From Salisapilia sapeloensis CBS 127946 (taxonomy: Eukaryota > Protista > Oomycota): DNA of 64,000 bases. Position 1 is the stretch's first letter. Each line of letters opens with the position of its first letter. Positions 25,001 through 32,419 of this stretch are shown piece after piece. The stretch spans positions 1 through 64,000 of the forward strand of contig JAADVB010000052.1 in NCBI GenBank assembly GCA_023334545.1, given 5' to 3'. The translations under genes and the position numbers were made by a program. The notes beneath the pieces are model-generated. The model did no database searches and was not told where the DNA came from. It worked only from the letters and a program-made list of their open reading frames with translations.

Positions 25001-26850
25001 CCGAGTTGCCAGTGCTATTTCTCCTCTCTCCTGGATCCGATCCGACGGAACCGATCGAAGCGCTCGCTCGGAAGAAACGCCAAGCGCTGCAGTGCATATC
25101 TATGGGAGAAGGTCAGGAGGTCGTTGCGGCAAAAGCACTTTCGAACGCAAAACTTAACGGGACGTGGCTTTTACTCCAGAACTGTCACTTGGGTATTGAC
25201 TACATGGAGCAATTGGGAGATTTTAAAAGTGTGGTGAGTGACGGAGCTGCGTCTGAATTTCGTCTCTTTTTGACATCTGATCCGCATCCTGCTTTTCCTA
25301 CATCACTTCTTCATGCAACGATCAAGGTCACAAATGAACCTCCATCAGGCATAAGAGCTGGTTTACTACGTTCTTGTTCTCTGATAGTAGACCAAGACAA
25401 ACTGGATCGAGTGGAATCGTCACAATGGCGTCGAATGGTCTTTGCATTGTGCTTCATTCACTCAGTCGTACAGGAGCGAAGGAAGTTTGGTCCGTTGGGC
25501 TTCAACGTTCCATACGAATTTAACCTGAGCGATTTGAATGCGTCATTGGTATTTATGGAAAAGCATTTATTCGCAAATGAACTTTCATGGCCGACGATCC
25601 AGTTTATGATTGCTGAAGTTCACTATGGCGGACGCATCACGGACGAGATGGATCGACGTCTATTTAGTGCTTATTGCGAGCTGTGGCTGAACAGCACTAT
25701 CTTAAGCAAGTCCTTCTCTTTCATTGTCGATACCTCTCCTTCCGGTGGATCCGAGTCGACTTTTAGCTATTCGGTACCCGACATTACCGACTACGATGAC
25801 CTTCAGCAATACGTGAGCACCTTTCCCACAAACGACCCGCCAGAGCTCTTTGGTCTCCATCAGAATGCTGAACTCTCGTATCGTGTTAAGAAAGCTTCAT
25901 CGCTCTTACACACGATCGCCATGACACAAAGCTGGGATTCTGAAGCAGTCGGTAACGAAGCTAGAGATCAGGCAGCTCAGAAAAAAGTAATGCAGCTACA
26001 AGAGGCCATGCCCGAGTCGATCTGTTTCGACCAGTGTGTGGAATCGCTGAAGAAAAAGCCGGGAGGGGTACAAGCACCGCTGAACGTCTTCCTCCTGCAA
26101 GAGGTGCAATCACTGCAGCATGTCATTAACGTTGTACAACACTCTTTAAGCGAGGTAGAGAAGGCGCTAATGAACGAAGTGACCTTGACGTCAACCATTC
26201 GGGCGCACATTGATGCTTTCTACGATGAAACAGTGCCTAGGTCGTGGGTCTACAGTTCGGCTGGTGACGAAATCTCTTGGCACTCTTCTTCACTTGGTCT
26301 ATGGTTCACAGGCTTAAACGATCGCGTCCTCCAGCTTCGAAATTGGATCGACAGAGGAAAGCCCCATAGTTTCTGGCTTACTGGCCTCTTCAACTCACAA
26401 GGATTCCTCACTGCTGTCCGACAGGAGGTTACCAAACAGCATGCCAGTGACCACTGGGCGCTTGACGACGTCACATACTACAGCGAAGTTACGGACTACG
26501 AGAAATTGGAACAGATAAAGCAATCTCCAAAGGAAGGTGTGCTGATTCACGGACTTTTCATTGAAGGCGCATCATGGAGTCGAGTGGACGGAACGATTGT
26601 CGAGGCAGACCCGAAAAAGTTATATGTTCCTCTCCCAGTTGTATATGTGACTGCGACAACGTTGGCACAAGCCAAGACACGCTGCAGCGACTACGGGCCT
26701 TACGGTGGGTACGAGGCTCCGTGCTACAAGTATGCTGTGCGTACAGATCGACACTACATCTTTTCCGTTACCTTGGCTACGAGAGACCATCGACCGCTAC
26801 ATTGGACACTGCGCGGCGTCGCTCTATTGTGCAACACTCCTAATTCGTAG
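13006..26850 (+). CDS. Axonemal dynein heavy chain, outer-arm gamma/DNAH5-8 type
   Basis: 4614-aa single ORF with P-loops GPAGTGKT, GPAGSSKS, GEAGIGKS and GVGGSGKR, WGCFDEFNR, HYDFGLRN, a stalk coiled coil, and an N-terminal DHC_N1 tail (ELEFWR, NEAKDNVKYL). Confidence 0.97.
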   Translation: MAFQARHRWAIQCIQTSLGFQDEGQVEDLLRGEANMARLAAFFRPDGPTKIFVIFQPKSQDDAVIEDPPPRRQLVIMDGLKEPLAERGVYFTKLPRDSSSEDKLEAKQEQDDSDDESETTREINPLVANDHCLTYGIVEPTVLLSVETTLDRLFQPVVTTSDDSEWGDATSSASSEFSRGLGGFVVDLKDNLKAMNSGLHLRKPDLQYDFNDTRNITRLSSDDAAVSHFSELVKEWCRHTESYLEDQDQTRFEGPDAGPATELEFWRRKLQKLMGITEQVKSKECKMVIGVLTIVSKFHDGSATKSAVIPLVRKWKQIDINITEAMNEAKDNVKYLATLERFIEPLYSGTIESVIDSLPALMNAIKMIHTIARYYNTTERMTKLFMKVTNQMIKLCKKSILGDEGPEAIWAKDPETLLGDLESCLTLNEAYQEQYRLTKDKLLTMPKGKQFDFSETQIFGKFDLFCRRVVKLIDMFSTIHQFRLLSTHPIEGMDPLLASFNTAIHSFQSNRHDLLDFTNNKFDRDFVEFNIQISDLEASLQHFINVSFDNITSIDQSLLLLKQFQSILQRENLRSELDSKFTVIFHTYGLELTNVQEIYEKYRHDPPIARTLPPVAGNILWSRHLLRRIEEPMRKFESNPAVLSTKESKKIIKTYNKVARTLVAFEYLWYEAWCQSIEASKAGLHATLIIRHPESRKLYVNFDKEILQLIREAKCLDRMGIDIPDNAKMVMFQEDKFKLYYQDLTYLLKEYDRISGKVIPVIQPLLQPHFEDLHTKLRPGMVTLTWTSMNIDSYKAQAHAGLQRLEELINNVCDIIENRIEKNLMIVSKATLMHLPSDQSFALDDFVRMQEKHVGQVTMQLGAKNIEIENAVNDVLSLVGEHSIETHADASGSCRSQVAGAFHDYYANLYYRSLINCTKQSLSALKTRVCSKAGTGFLFLDRPFFEVDVQLSVPSVRLSPSLDDIQKAINKSAVAVLRCSKNLFFWGQQHLPDDEKTSLFEKLGCDTEIIKMAILLTGALHGTKNQVHEYLATFKKYDWLWKEDMEFRYTQFMKRNPSIQDFECELQYFMRIETEIGTIAPVHNIAVLSLNTKNLKLQLRNECKQWKVQYSDRVHQQARTALWSLKEYIRLTTVKLSTKAESLDSLRFVMSILKEVRERESMIEIEISPIIDMYDMLEHYLPGGYMDKDEMDQKSVIRSSWRKLVDYAEEVTDGLSEVQGTFKKELMKDVKQLQVDVGEFRLDYTQNGPMVPGLEPKEAVARLKRFKEMATMRDRKVEMLSAGEELFGLRKTEYPDLARTKNEMQLLDQLYGLYMDVTAMTEELKDVLWQDVASELPRAVENFASLDKRCKSLPKKLREWEAFHVLRKDINEFLELLPLIQELSKEYLKHRHWEEVTKACECDLPFDSPTFKVQNVLDARLLRFREDIENICDSAQKQQQIEIKLKEISDKWASASFEFAAWHSGGAPVLKNYTSVVEELEESQMQLQSMLNMRHVLYFKDVVHSKLTQLSDTADVLELWLKVQMLWTSLESVFTSGDIAKQMPVEAKKFVKVDKDWLKLMAKGAETGFVVACCANESLRTTLPILLSELERCQKSLEGYLEQKRKKFPRFYFVSNPLLLQMLSRGSDPTSVQQYYEKIFDSIDQVMYDGGTGGSGRKILQIKSMHGSEEEVVSLVNPVSTDGNIEDWLGRLEKEMRFSVKVLCRQAAAECSTGPLKEFVTKHCGQIALLGVQLGWTADCQDALQKCKTTKGIMQQTSKKHGLVLSELSSWCLTDLNTKLMRTKVETLVTTQVHQRDCFLDLCKLYKDKKISDANDFEWVKQARFYWRTAPVVDQVGIDACVISICDVEFKYAFEYLGCKERLVITPLTDRAYITLTQALGMHLGGAPAGPAGTGKTETVKDLGQTLGTYVIVTNCTDQQRSADMAKIFKGLCQGGLWGCFDEFNRIELPVLSVVAQQVLAITSAKRSLSTSFFFPGDPQSISLRTDAAYFITMNPGYQGRQELPENLKELFRGVSMMVPDREIIIKVKLCAAGYDLFAELARKFKTLYAVCEQQLSKQRHYDFGLRNILSVLRAAGAIKRKNLMANEEVLIMATLRDMNLSKFVAPDVPIFLSVLKDIFPGVVACDASGDNAELRTAVVEYVERQSRVAVPSWITKVIQLHDTILVRHGIILVGPAGSSKSEIIRSLQGLLSVRTKTPHRQIRMNPKAIRPEEMFGETDRISGEWINGIFAAIWSKFNDRSRKDVNWIVCDGPVDAVWIENLNTVLDDNKILTLANGDRLPMADTCKLMFEVEDLRNASPATVSRAGIIFVSDTDLNWEPVGEKWIKGQSEGYQDVFRKHFQNLLGTCSKNDSGALFAFVGKQCYTVVPFSRVTITQSFLRLLTGLLRRYELSEDATEASDELERLCLFAVAWAVGGIIGAEDRVKLSTYLMGVSSQHPCGNDDGKTIFDYYLHPSTLEWEVWMIDDTNTSIKSYPGIAIPTKDTVRSMYLLDHLQSSMFPVLLVGEAGIGKSYLARWYCREKCATDTHTLKHITLSGMSTPGSLQQTIECGLEKRGGKSYGPPPGQNLTLFMDDLSLPTRNTWGDQPTLELARQVLETSSMCFLDKDKRGDFKAIENVRYISSMRLSDAGGSVIPDRLMRHFFTLHILPPTTEVTESICSRIISTHFASGENGCRKTVIDIMNRVATASVQLLFWLRNSMKQTPSKFHYIFTMRDLTAAIQSMLLPPISTIANEKVAVDLWRHEHERIFMDKLVQSEERKRLRDEVSVISETVLYKFGIKEKSGPGFFASFMAEPEVDEDGDIISEPPKEYEYVKYLSSIQKRCNAVLDEYNRENPARALPLILFDEAVLHLVRISRVLSMTKGHMVLVGVGGSGKRSLVRLASIITGSELFQIATSKTYNVSAFMDDLRQVFKSAGQMGKAVSFLLSDEDVKEERFLELLNSFLGTGEIPGLFTRDELAAMASELRSMMHKEHPERPDTTENLVAYYNARVQSNLHFQLCMSPVGDTLSKRYRDFPHLFNACAINWFLPWPEEALADVSRGRLADLNLEATSGVKDNLISLMGNVHGCVVETCDEYFTRTRRRIYQTPRSFLHFLSCYKSLYEQKKSVIERNENSIKVGLQKLVQAAKDVEVMGVSLKEDEVKLAVAESNANRMLEGLQVKSLEAKKESDVVEKIKEECMADSARILKEKEAAEEDLQKAKPFLEEAERAVNSIKPNDLNELKKLAKPGDIIKLIFDCVSILQKCPLAKVDRSIVTLGIGKDKRTIDFVADSYGIVKSGMLADTRFLQNILFFSKHEKDNINEETMELLMPYMQLEGYTAPVARNASRAAEGLFCWVTAMTMYHEASKVVKPKLEALNIAEGKFEAAQANLRSSEEKLEACQSVLSKLQNDFQTQMAEKAQVEADALRTKRKMEQANSLISGLDGERCRWTEDCDRFAELKVHLIGDSVLASAFLIYCASFDYGYRTVLLDKRLPLAIVNKSIPKSQEFNLEEFMVDSATVSSWSLEGLPSDPLSIQNGILVTKGERFPLLIDPQGQALSWIVNREKERLPSAGVISIHNSKLKESVEYCVNEGLTLVLDDVEDNVDPILDNLLDKNIIVRSKSKFVNILDRSCEYNDAFKLLLVSRLANPALGPELQARVTVVDFTVTPKGLEEQLLAKVIQHEQKSLEEQLVRVQTELRNNKRALLDLDALLLERLSSNSSNLLEDTELISVLESTKSKALEVKEKISSAQETKKGIDEKREQYRPVATRGALLYFCILEFSAVNSMYQTSLAQFLQLYSRAIEESERATLSLKRVGNIIEVLTYIVYRYINRGLYERDRLTFLLSMALKLLVNAKCISSTDITLLMNAGKGSKTAREHPKPFTWLSNEVWANMVHLSREKEQFASLPTVVERNEQSWRQWLDENEPEKLPIPEYESVLFDSRSITASLRFHRLLLVRYLREDRTIAVVNGFLRSLDSIDYTTTAGTVKLPALGPQYAAPVVDTLEKLYGDMQAELPVLFLLSPGSDPTEPIEALARKKRQALQCISMGEGQEVVAAKALSNAKLNGTWLLLQNCHLGIDYMEQLGDFKSVVSDGAASEFRLFLTSDPHPAFPTSLLHATIKVTNEPPSGIRAGLLRSCSLIVDQDKLDRVESSQWRRMVFALCFIHSVVQERRKFGPLGFNVPYEFNLSDLNASLVFMEKHLFANELSWPTIQFMIAEVHYGGRITDEMDRRLFSAYCELWLNSTILSKSFSFIVDTSPSGGSESTFSYSVPDITDYDDLQQYVSTFPTNDPPELFGLHQNAELSYRVKKASSLLHTIAMTQSWDSEAVGNEARDQAAQKKVMQLQEAMPESICFDQCVESLKKKPGGVQAPLNVFLLQEVQSLQHVINVVQHSLSEVEKALMNEVTLTSTIRAHIDAFYDETVPRSWVYSSAGDEISWHSSSLGLWFTGLNDRVLQLRNWIDRGKPHSFWLTGLFNSQGFLTAVRQEVTKQHASDHWALDDVTYYSEVTDYEKLEQIKQSPKEGVLIHGLFIEGASWSRVDGTIVEADPKKLYVPLPVVYVTATTLAQAKTRCSDYGPYGGYEAPCYKYAVRTDRHYIFSVTLATRDHRPLHWTLRGVALLCNTPNS

Positions 26851-27015
26851 TGAATGAAGCCAAGTTTCTAGAACTGTTATGCCATACATTACATCGTTCG
26901 CACTTATTTATTTATAGCTGGCGCCACATGCATTACTCTCGCCATTCTACCAGACTACTTGAACGGTGGGACATCTTCGCGTAGAGAGTCGGAAGTGTGT
27001 GTGTGCCGGAGCTGC

Positions 27016-28268
27016 ATGGGTTGCCTTTCAAGTAAGCCTGTCACGGTGACGCCCCAAACACATCGTTTTCACGCTAGAACACAGGCAGGGACGCTACTTT
27101 CCGTTGCTGTGGCAAAGCGAGGTCGGCGACAAAGCAACATCAATGACTCGGCGAACCTGGATCGTACAATGTCCTTTGGATGCAAAGTCCGACTAGCCGA
27201 CATCGACATTGAAGAAGAAATAGGAGCTGGTACCTTTGGAGCAGTCTACAAGGTCCATTACAAAGGAAAGCGTATCGCGATGAAGAAATTAATGAACCAA
27301 ACGCATTCGGCTCGAACGCTTCGCAACTTTAGGAATGAGTTGGAAATACTCTCACTTTTGACTCATCCGAACATTGTCCAGTTCCTCGGTGCAGTAGTAG
27401 AACCACCACACTTGTGTCTACTGACCGAACTATGCGGTGGATCGGTCGTGGACCTGCTCAAAATGGCCGAGACGAAAAAGCTGAACATTACGTGGGGTCT
27501 AACTATTGCTATTGCGCTCGACTGCGCCAGAGCTTGCAACTACCTCCATGCAAGAGACCCGATCGTCTTGCATCGGGATCTAAAGGTGCGTAGGAGCTTC
27601 CTCTATCGATAGAACTGATCATTTGAGCTCTCGTTGGAACCATGTAGGGAGAGAACTTGCTTTTGACGGAAAAGTTTCAATGCAAGCTAAGCGACTTTGG
27701 ACTCTCGCGGAGCTTAAAAAGGAACCACAACGCCAATACGATGTGTGGGACTCCACGCTGGTTGGCTCCGGAGATATTTCGAGGTGAAGACTATTCAGAA
27801 AAGATTGATGTCTACTCTTACAGCATCGTCCTATGGTACGTCCACCAGCTTTCCAACGCCAAAATTGGTTACTTGCAGTCTTCTCAAAAAATGCTATGAA
27901 CTAAACTGTGGGATTCTAGGGAATTGTTTTGTTTCAAGAAGCCGTACATGGAGCATGACGCGATTACGTTGGCGTACATGGTGGCCCACAACGCCCTTCG
28001 ACCACCTCTTTGTTCGCATATTCCTGATGTTTTGCAGCGCCTGATGAAGTCATGCTGGAACGAAGATCCAAGTCAGCGACCGGCATTTAGCACCGTCATC
28101 TTTCTCCTTGAAGAAGCCAAAGAACTTATTCAAACCGAGCTAGTCATTGACCTATCCAAGAGCTACGTCGACGCCGTCGCTCCAACAGTCAAACTACGGC
28201 CAGCCACTTCTCCTGCAGCACCAAATGTCCGCCCAACACGCTACGGACTCGTGTCCGGCAAACTCTAA
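27016..28268 (+). CDS. TKL-family Ser/Thr protein kinase, 3 exons
   Basis: MGCLSS start, IGAGTFG, AMK, HRDLK|GENLL, DFGLSR, CGTPRWLAPE, DVYSY. Confidence 0.92.
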
Positions 28269-28446
28269 TGCTCCGACGAGCACTAGTCACTGCGTCGGAG
28301 ATGACGCAGCTCTTCTCTTGAAGTCCGAGTCAGATTCACAGTATGCGCTGGCCCAATCGTAGCCATTGAAGTCATCTCATCATCCAACCGCTTCAATTCC
28401 GATCTCGGGAAGCTCACTTTTTTATTAACCCTCAACGAACTACAAG

Positions 28447-29646
28447 ATGACTGGTAACTCCTCCCATGGCTTTGGCACGCGCGCCATCCACGTCGGACAA
28501 GAACCCGATGAGACCTCTGGAGCCGTCACCGTGCCCATTAGCCTCGCATCGACGTTTGCGCAGCAATCGCCAGGCGTCGTACACGGCGTCAACCAAGCAT
28601 CGAGCTTTGGAAAAGGATGGGAGTACTCTCGAACGGGCAATCCTACGCGTGGGTCGCTGGAAACTGCTCTCGCTGCGAGTGAGAATGCGAAACACGCAGT
28701 AGCGTTTTCCTCTGGCATGGCTGCTACGACTGCTGTCGTCCACCTGCTCAAGTCTGGCGATCACGTACTCGCCATTGACGACGTCTACGGAGGTACCCAG
28801 CGGTACTTTCGCCAGACCGCAGGCCCGACGTACGGCCTGGACTTTAGTTTGATCGACATGACGGACGTGTCGAACATTGAGAAAAACATTCGGAGTGAGA
28901 CCAAGATGCTGTGGGTCGAGAGTCCGACGAACCCGACGTTGAAAGTGGTGGACATCCAGGCTATTGCCGCGGTTGCCAAGAAGCACAACTTGTTCCTGGT
29001 CGTCGACAACACCTTCATGTCGCCTTACTTCCAGAATCCGCTAGACCTCGGTGCTGATATTGTCGTACACAGCATCACCAAGTACATCAACGGTCACTCG
29101 GACGTGGTCATGGGCGTCGCGATCACGAGTAACGACGACGTGTACACCAAGCTACGTTTCGTTCAGAACGGCATCGGCGCAGTTCCGTCCCCTTTCGATG
29201 CCTATATGGCCATGCGAGGGCTAAAGACCCTCCACATCCGCATGAGAGAGCACGCTCGTAACGCCCAAGCCGTTGCCGAGTTCCTCGAGGCCCACCCAAA
29301 GGTTGAAAAGGTCTACTACCCAGGCCTGCCGTCCCACCCGCACCATGAGATCGCCAAAAAGCAAACGAAGGGCTTTGGAGGCATGGTCACTTTCTACGTG
29401 AAGGGCGGTCTCCAGAATGCTCGTGAGTTCCTCGAAGCACTCCAGATCTTCACACTGGCAGAAAGCCTCGGAGCGGTTGAGTCGCTGGCCGAATCGCCAG
29501 CCATCATGACCCACGCGTCTGTGCCCAAGGAGCACCGGGAGAAGATCGGCATCCATGACAATTTGATCCGACTTTCGGTTGGCATCGAAGACCAGCCGGA
29601 TTTGCTACACGACCTAGAGCAGGCACTCGAGGCCGTACGAGTCTAA
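28447..29646 (+). CDS. CTH: Cystathionine gamma-lyase (PLP-dependent)
   Basis: EYSRTGNPTR, FSSGMAA, ESPTNP, VDNTF, PLP lysine in HSITKYINGHSD, LAESLG, IRLSVGIE. Confidence 0.92.
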   Translation: MTGNSSHGFGTRAIHVGQEPDETSGAVTVPISLASTFAQQSPGVVHGVNQASSFGKGWEYSRTGNPTRGSLETALAASENAKHAVAFSSGMAATTAVVHLLKSGDHVLAIDDVYGGTQRYFRQTAGPTYGLDFSLIDMTDVSNIEKNIRSETKMLWVESPTNPTLKVVDIQAIAAVAKKHNLFLVVDNTFMSPYFQNPLDLGADIVVHSITKYINGHSDVVMGVAITSNDDVYTKLRFVQNGIGAVPSPFDAYMAMRGLKTLHIRMREHARNAQAVAEFLEAHPKVEKVYYPGLPSHPHHEIAKKQTKGFGGMVTFYVKGGLQNAREFLEALQIFTLAESLGAVESLAESPAIMTHASVPKEHREKIGIHDNLIRLSVGIEDQPDLLHDLEQALEAVRV

Positions 29647-29710
29647 TAGAACGAATGAAAATGAAACACTTTGAGACTGTGGCATGCTTTCCTTTCTCCA
29701 GTCAAAACTT

Positions 29711-30613
29711 CTACTTGTCCGAATCCGTTCGCTTGCGCTCCTCCTGCTCCTGCCGCGCACCGGCTGCTGCCATTTGCACCATCTCCGAAAACCGACGACG
29801 AGTGTATCCCTGAGGCTTTTGTTCATAACTTTCGTCGTAACCTGCTTGTTCATTCGATCGGTAGGACCGGTCGTCTCGATAGTCATCCTTCCGCCGACTG
29901 GAGTACCCGTAGTCGTCTCGGCGGGATCGGTAGCTCCCTCGGTCGTCCCTGTACCTGTCTCTCGATCTAGACCTCGAGCGTCGTGGAGGACGCTCCGATC
30001 GCCTATCATAATCATTTCTCGAGTCGTAGTCTCGGCGCCTGTATTCATCATGTCCACGACGATCGTCTCGATACCCTCTTGGGGGCGGAGATCTGCCTCG
30101 AGAGTTATAGCTATTTTGTGGAGGACCTCGAGAGTCACGACTCGGTGGGGCATCGTAATCACGCGGTGGTGGTCTCCTATAGTCACTTGGTGGCGGGCGG
30201 CCATAGCCACCTGGGGGAGGACGGTTGTAGTCATTTGGTGGTGGGCGTCCATAGTCACTTGGCGGAGGACGGCCGTAGTCGCTCGGAGGGCGATTATAGT
30301 CGTTTGGCGGTGGCCGACTGTAGTCATTCGGCGGTGGTCCTCTTGGCCGATTGCCACTACCTTTGTGTGGTCCTCTCCTGTTATATGATGGTGGTCCGCC
30401 ACCGTTTCGTAGTGGACCTGGTGGCGGATCATCAAACTGCCCTTTCAGAGGCGGAGGCATCGATGGTGGTGGGCCCCGATCACCTCTGTCAGGTGGACCG
30501 CCTTGAGCATTGTCCGACAGTCTATTCGCCGGATCACTGCTCCGAGGTTCTCCATTGCTGGCAGTCATCCATGCCGGCAAAGTGGATGACCGACCTCGTC
30601 CTCGTCCCGCCAT
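29711..30613 (-). CDS. Low-complexity Pro/Gly/Tyr and Arg/Asp/Ser-rich protein (SR-related, no folded domain seen)
   Basis: 300-aa ORF starting MAGRGRGRSSTLPAWM, with PPPxDYxR repeats and an RSRSRSRDR tract. Confidence 0.7.
   Translation of the reverse strand: MAGRGRGRSSTLPAWMTASNGEPRSSDPANRLSDNAQGGPPDRGDRGPPPSMPPPLKGQFDDPPPGPLRNGGGPPSYNRRGPHKGSGNRPRGPPPNDYSRPPPNDYNRPPSDYGRPPPSDYGRPPPNDYNRPPPGGYGRPPPSDYRRPPPRDYDAPPSRDSRGPPQNSYNSRGRSPPPRGYRDDRRGHDEYRRRDYDSRNDYDRRSERPPRRSRSRSRDRYRDDRGSYRSRRDDYGYSSRRKDDYRDDRSYRSNEQAGYDESYEQKPQGYTRRRFSEMVQMAAAGARQEQEERKRTDSDK
30144..30341 (-). repeat. Coding tandem repeat of about 24 nt (RPPP[N/S/G]DY[N/G/S/R]), about 8 copies
   Basis: Translation reads RPPPNDYSRPPPNDYNRPPSDYGRPPPSDYGRPPPNDYNRPPPGGYGRPPPSDYRRPPPRDY. 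Confidence 0.85.
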
Positions 30614-30752
30614 TTTGTCTGCTTTAGTTCGAAGCGCATCCGGACCATATTGGGCGCAAGATACTTTCGACACGACTTTCTGCCAATCAAGATCGACTGG
30701 CTGACAAGAAACTTTGACAACGAAAACCACAAGTGCTCAGGACGTTTCGACC

Positions 30753-31515
30753 ATGTCTGGATCGGGCCGAAAGTCAGCCTACAGGAAAGGAGTCACCGAC
30801 AGAGTGCTCTACGGAGACCCAGAGCCACAAGATAATCAGCAGATTGTGCGTGTGGTCGCGTTGCGTGGTAGCAACCTTTTCGATGTACGACGTCTTGCTA
30901 TTGCGAGCACAATGCGAGTAAATCGTGAGGTATTAACAATGATGTAATGCTCCAGGTGCAAAATGGGAAAGGAGACCGCTTCTTAACGATGCTTCCGACA
31001 AAATTCCGCAAACTAATTTGGGTTAAACGAGGTAAATGACCACTTTCGCGCTTGAGCACAATGCAACACCAGTATGCTTACCTCACACATGTGCAAAGGC
31101 GACTTCCTGATCGTGTCTGAGAGTGGCGAAGATACGACGACTGCAAAGGGCACAAAAGGAGCCGTGAAGTCCATGATTGAGCACATCTTGTATAAGGATC
31201 AGATTCGTAACCTCCGTCAGAAGAACTTGTGGTACGATTGGATCAATCAAAACTATAAGGGAACACGCTCATCAAGCTTTAAATAGGCCAGAAGCGTTTG
31301 ATCGACCTCGCAACGGTGCTGGTAAAACACAGTCGGAATCTGTAGCAGAAGATGAGGATGAAGAAGAAAGCTCTGAGAACGATGAAAAGGAGGATGCAAC
31401 TACCTCCAACGGGATTCAAATGGTCAATATGAACCTCGGGGCTATGCACATAAACCGCAACCGTCAGCAAGGACAGTATCTAGATGACAGTAGTGAAGAG
31501 GAAGACGATGACTAG
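30753..31515 (+). CDS. EIF1AD: eIF1A-domain RNA-binding protein (EIF1AD-like), 4 exons
   Basis: Spliced S1/OB motif VRVVALRGSNLFDV...MLPTKFRKLIWVKRG|DFLIV...IEHILYKDQIRNLRQKNLW|P, plus an acidic tail. Confidence 0.85.
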
Positions 31516-31602
31516 GACATGCGTGGTACCATTTTGCATTCTTATTTGGCTTTGTCAAATACATTCGAACAGTTTATTTCCTTTCGTGCCACTTGAAGTA
31601 TT

Positions 31603-32283
31603 CTAATGCGATATCTCACTCTCAGCAGCAATTGTTCTCATCCGTTTCTCTACTTCTTTCCTGTACTGCTTAAGTGCTTCAATCGCGTCACGTGCACGAT
31701 TGTCAGGTGCAGGTGGAGGATCCAGAGCCTTGGGCGAAGTGGCATTTTTCCACGGCCTTTCAGCAGGTTTCGTTCTCATCGACCGAGAAGCGACTGTACT
31801 CTTAGACAAGCGTGCAGCCACGTCACTGGCATTGGCTTGCTTTGCAACTAGCGTTTGTCGTGGATCGTACGTTCGATCAAGGAGTTGATGGCGTAATTTA
31901 GCACTTTCCTTCACACGTGTAGAAGAGTTCCAGTCTGCTTCGCGCTGTTCTTGCTGATAGGTGTGGAAACGAGGCTGAGCAATATGAGGAATGCCTTGGG
32001 TATAATCATATCCTCGAGAAAACCTTTTTCTCTTGCTTTCATCAATCATTCGTCGTGGATCAGTAGATCTAACTGTATGTCCATCCAGATAAGTTTGATA
32101 GTTGCCTGGATGCATATGCATGTAGTCTTGAGCGTAGCCAGATCTGTACGTAGGTGACAGATTACTCCATGAGCTATCTTGCGGTGACGACATACGCTGA
32201 AATGCGAAACTATCGTCAGTGACTGAATCTCTGGTATCGAACTCGTAGCCTCGATTGGTACGAGTGTGAGAGGAAGACCGCAT
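31603..32283 (-). CDS. Hypothetical protein
   Basis: 226-aa open frame with coding-like composition. No family recognised. Confidence 0.55.
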   Translation of the reverse strand: MRSSSHTRTNRGYEFDTRDSVTDDSFAFQRMSSPQDSSWSNLSPTYRSGYAQDYMHMHPGNYQTYLDGHTVRSTDPRRMIDESKRKRFSRGYDYTQGIPHIAQPRFHTYQQEQREADWNSSTRVKESAKLRHQLLDRTYDPRQTLVAKQANASDVAARLSKSTVASRSMRTKPAERPWKNATSPKALDPPPAPDNRARDAIEALKQYRKEVEKRMRTIAAESEISH

Positions 32284-32419
32284 TGCGGTAAAATATTTTG
32301 ATACAAACCTCTGTGCTCTGGAAACGCTGCATGGTGTCTATAAATAACTTCCACGTGCAGGATGCAAGTACTTCAAATCAAACGCGGCAATTATCTTTGC
32401 CCAACCTGGATGCTCCATA

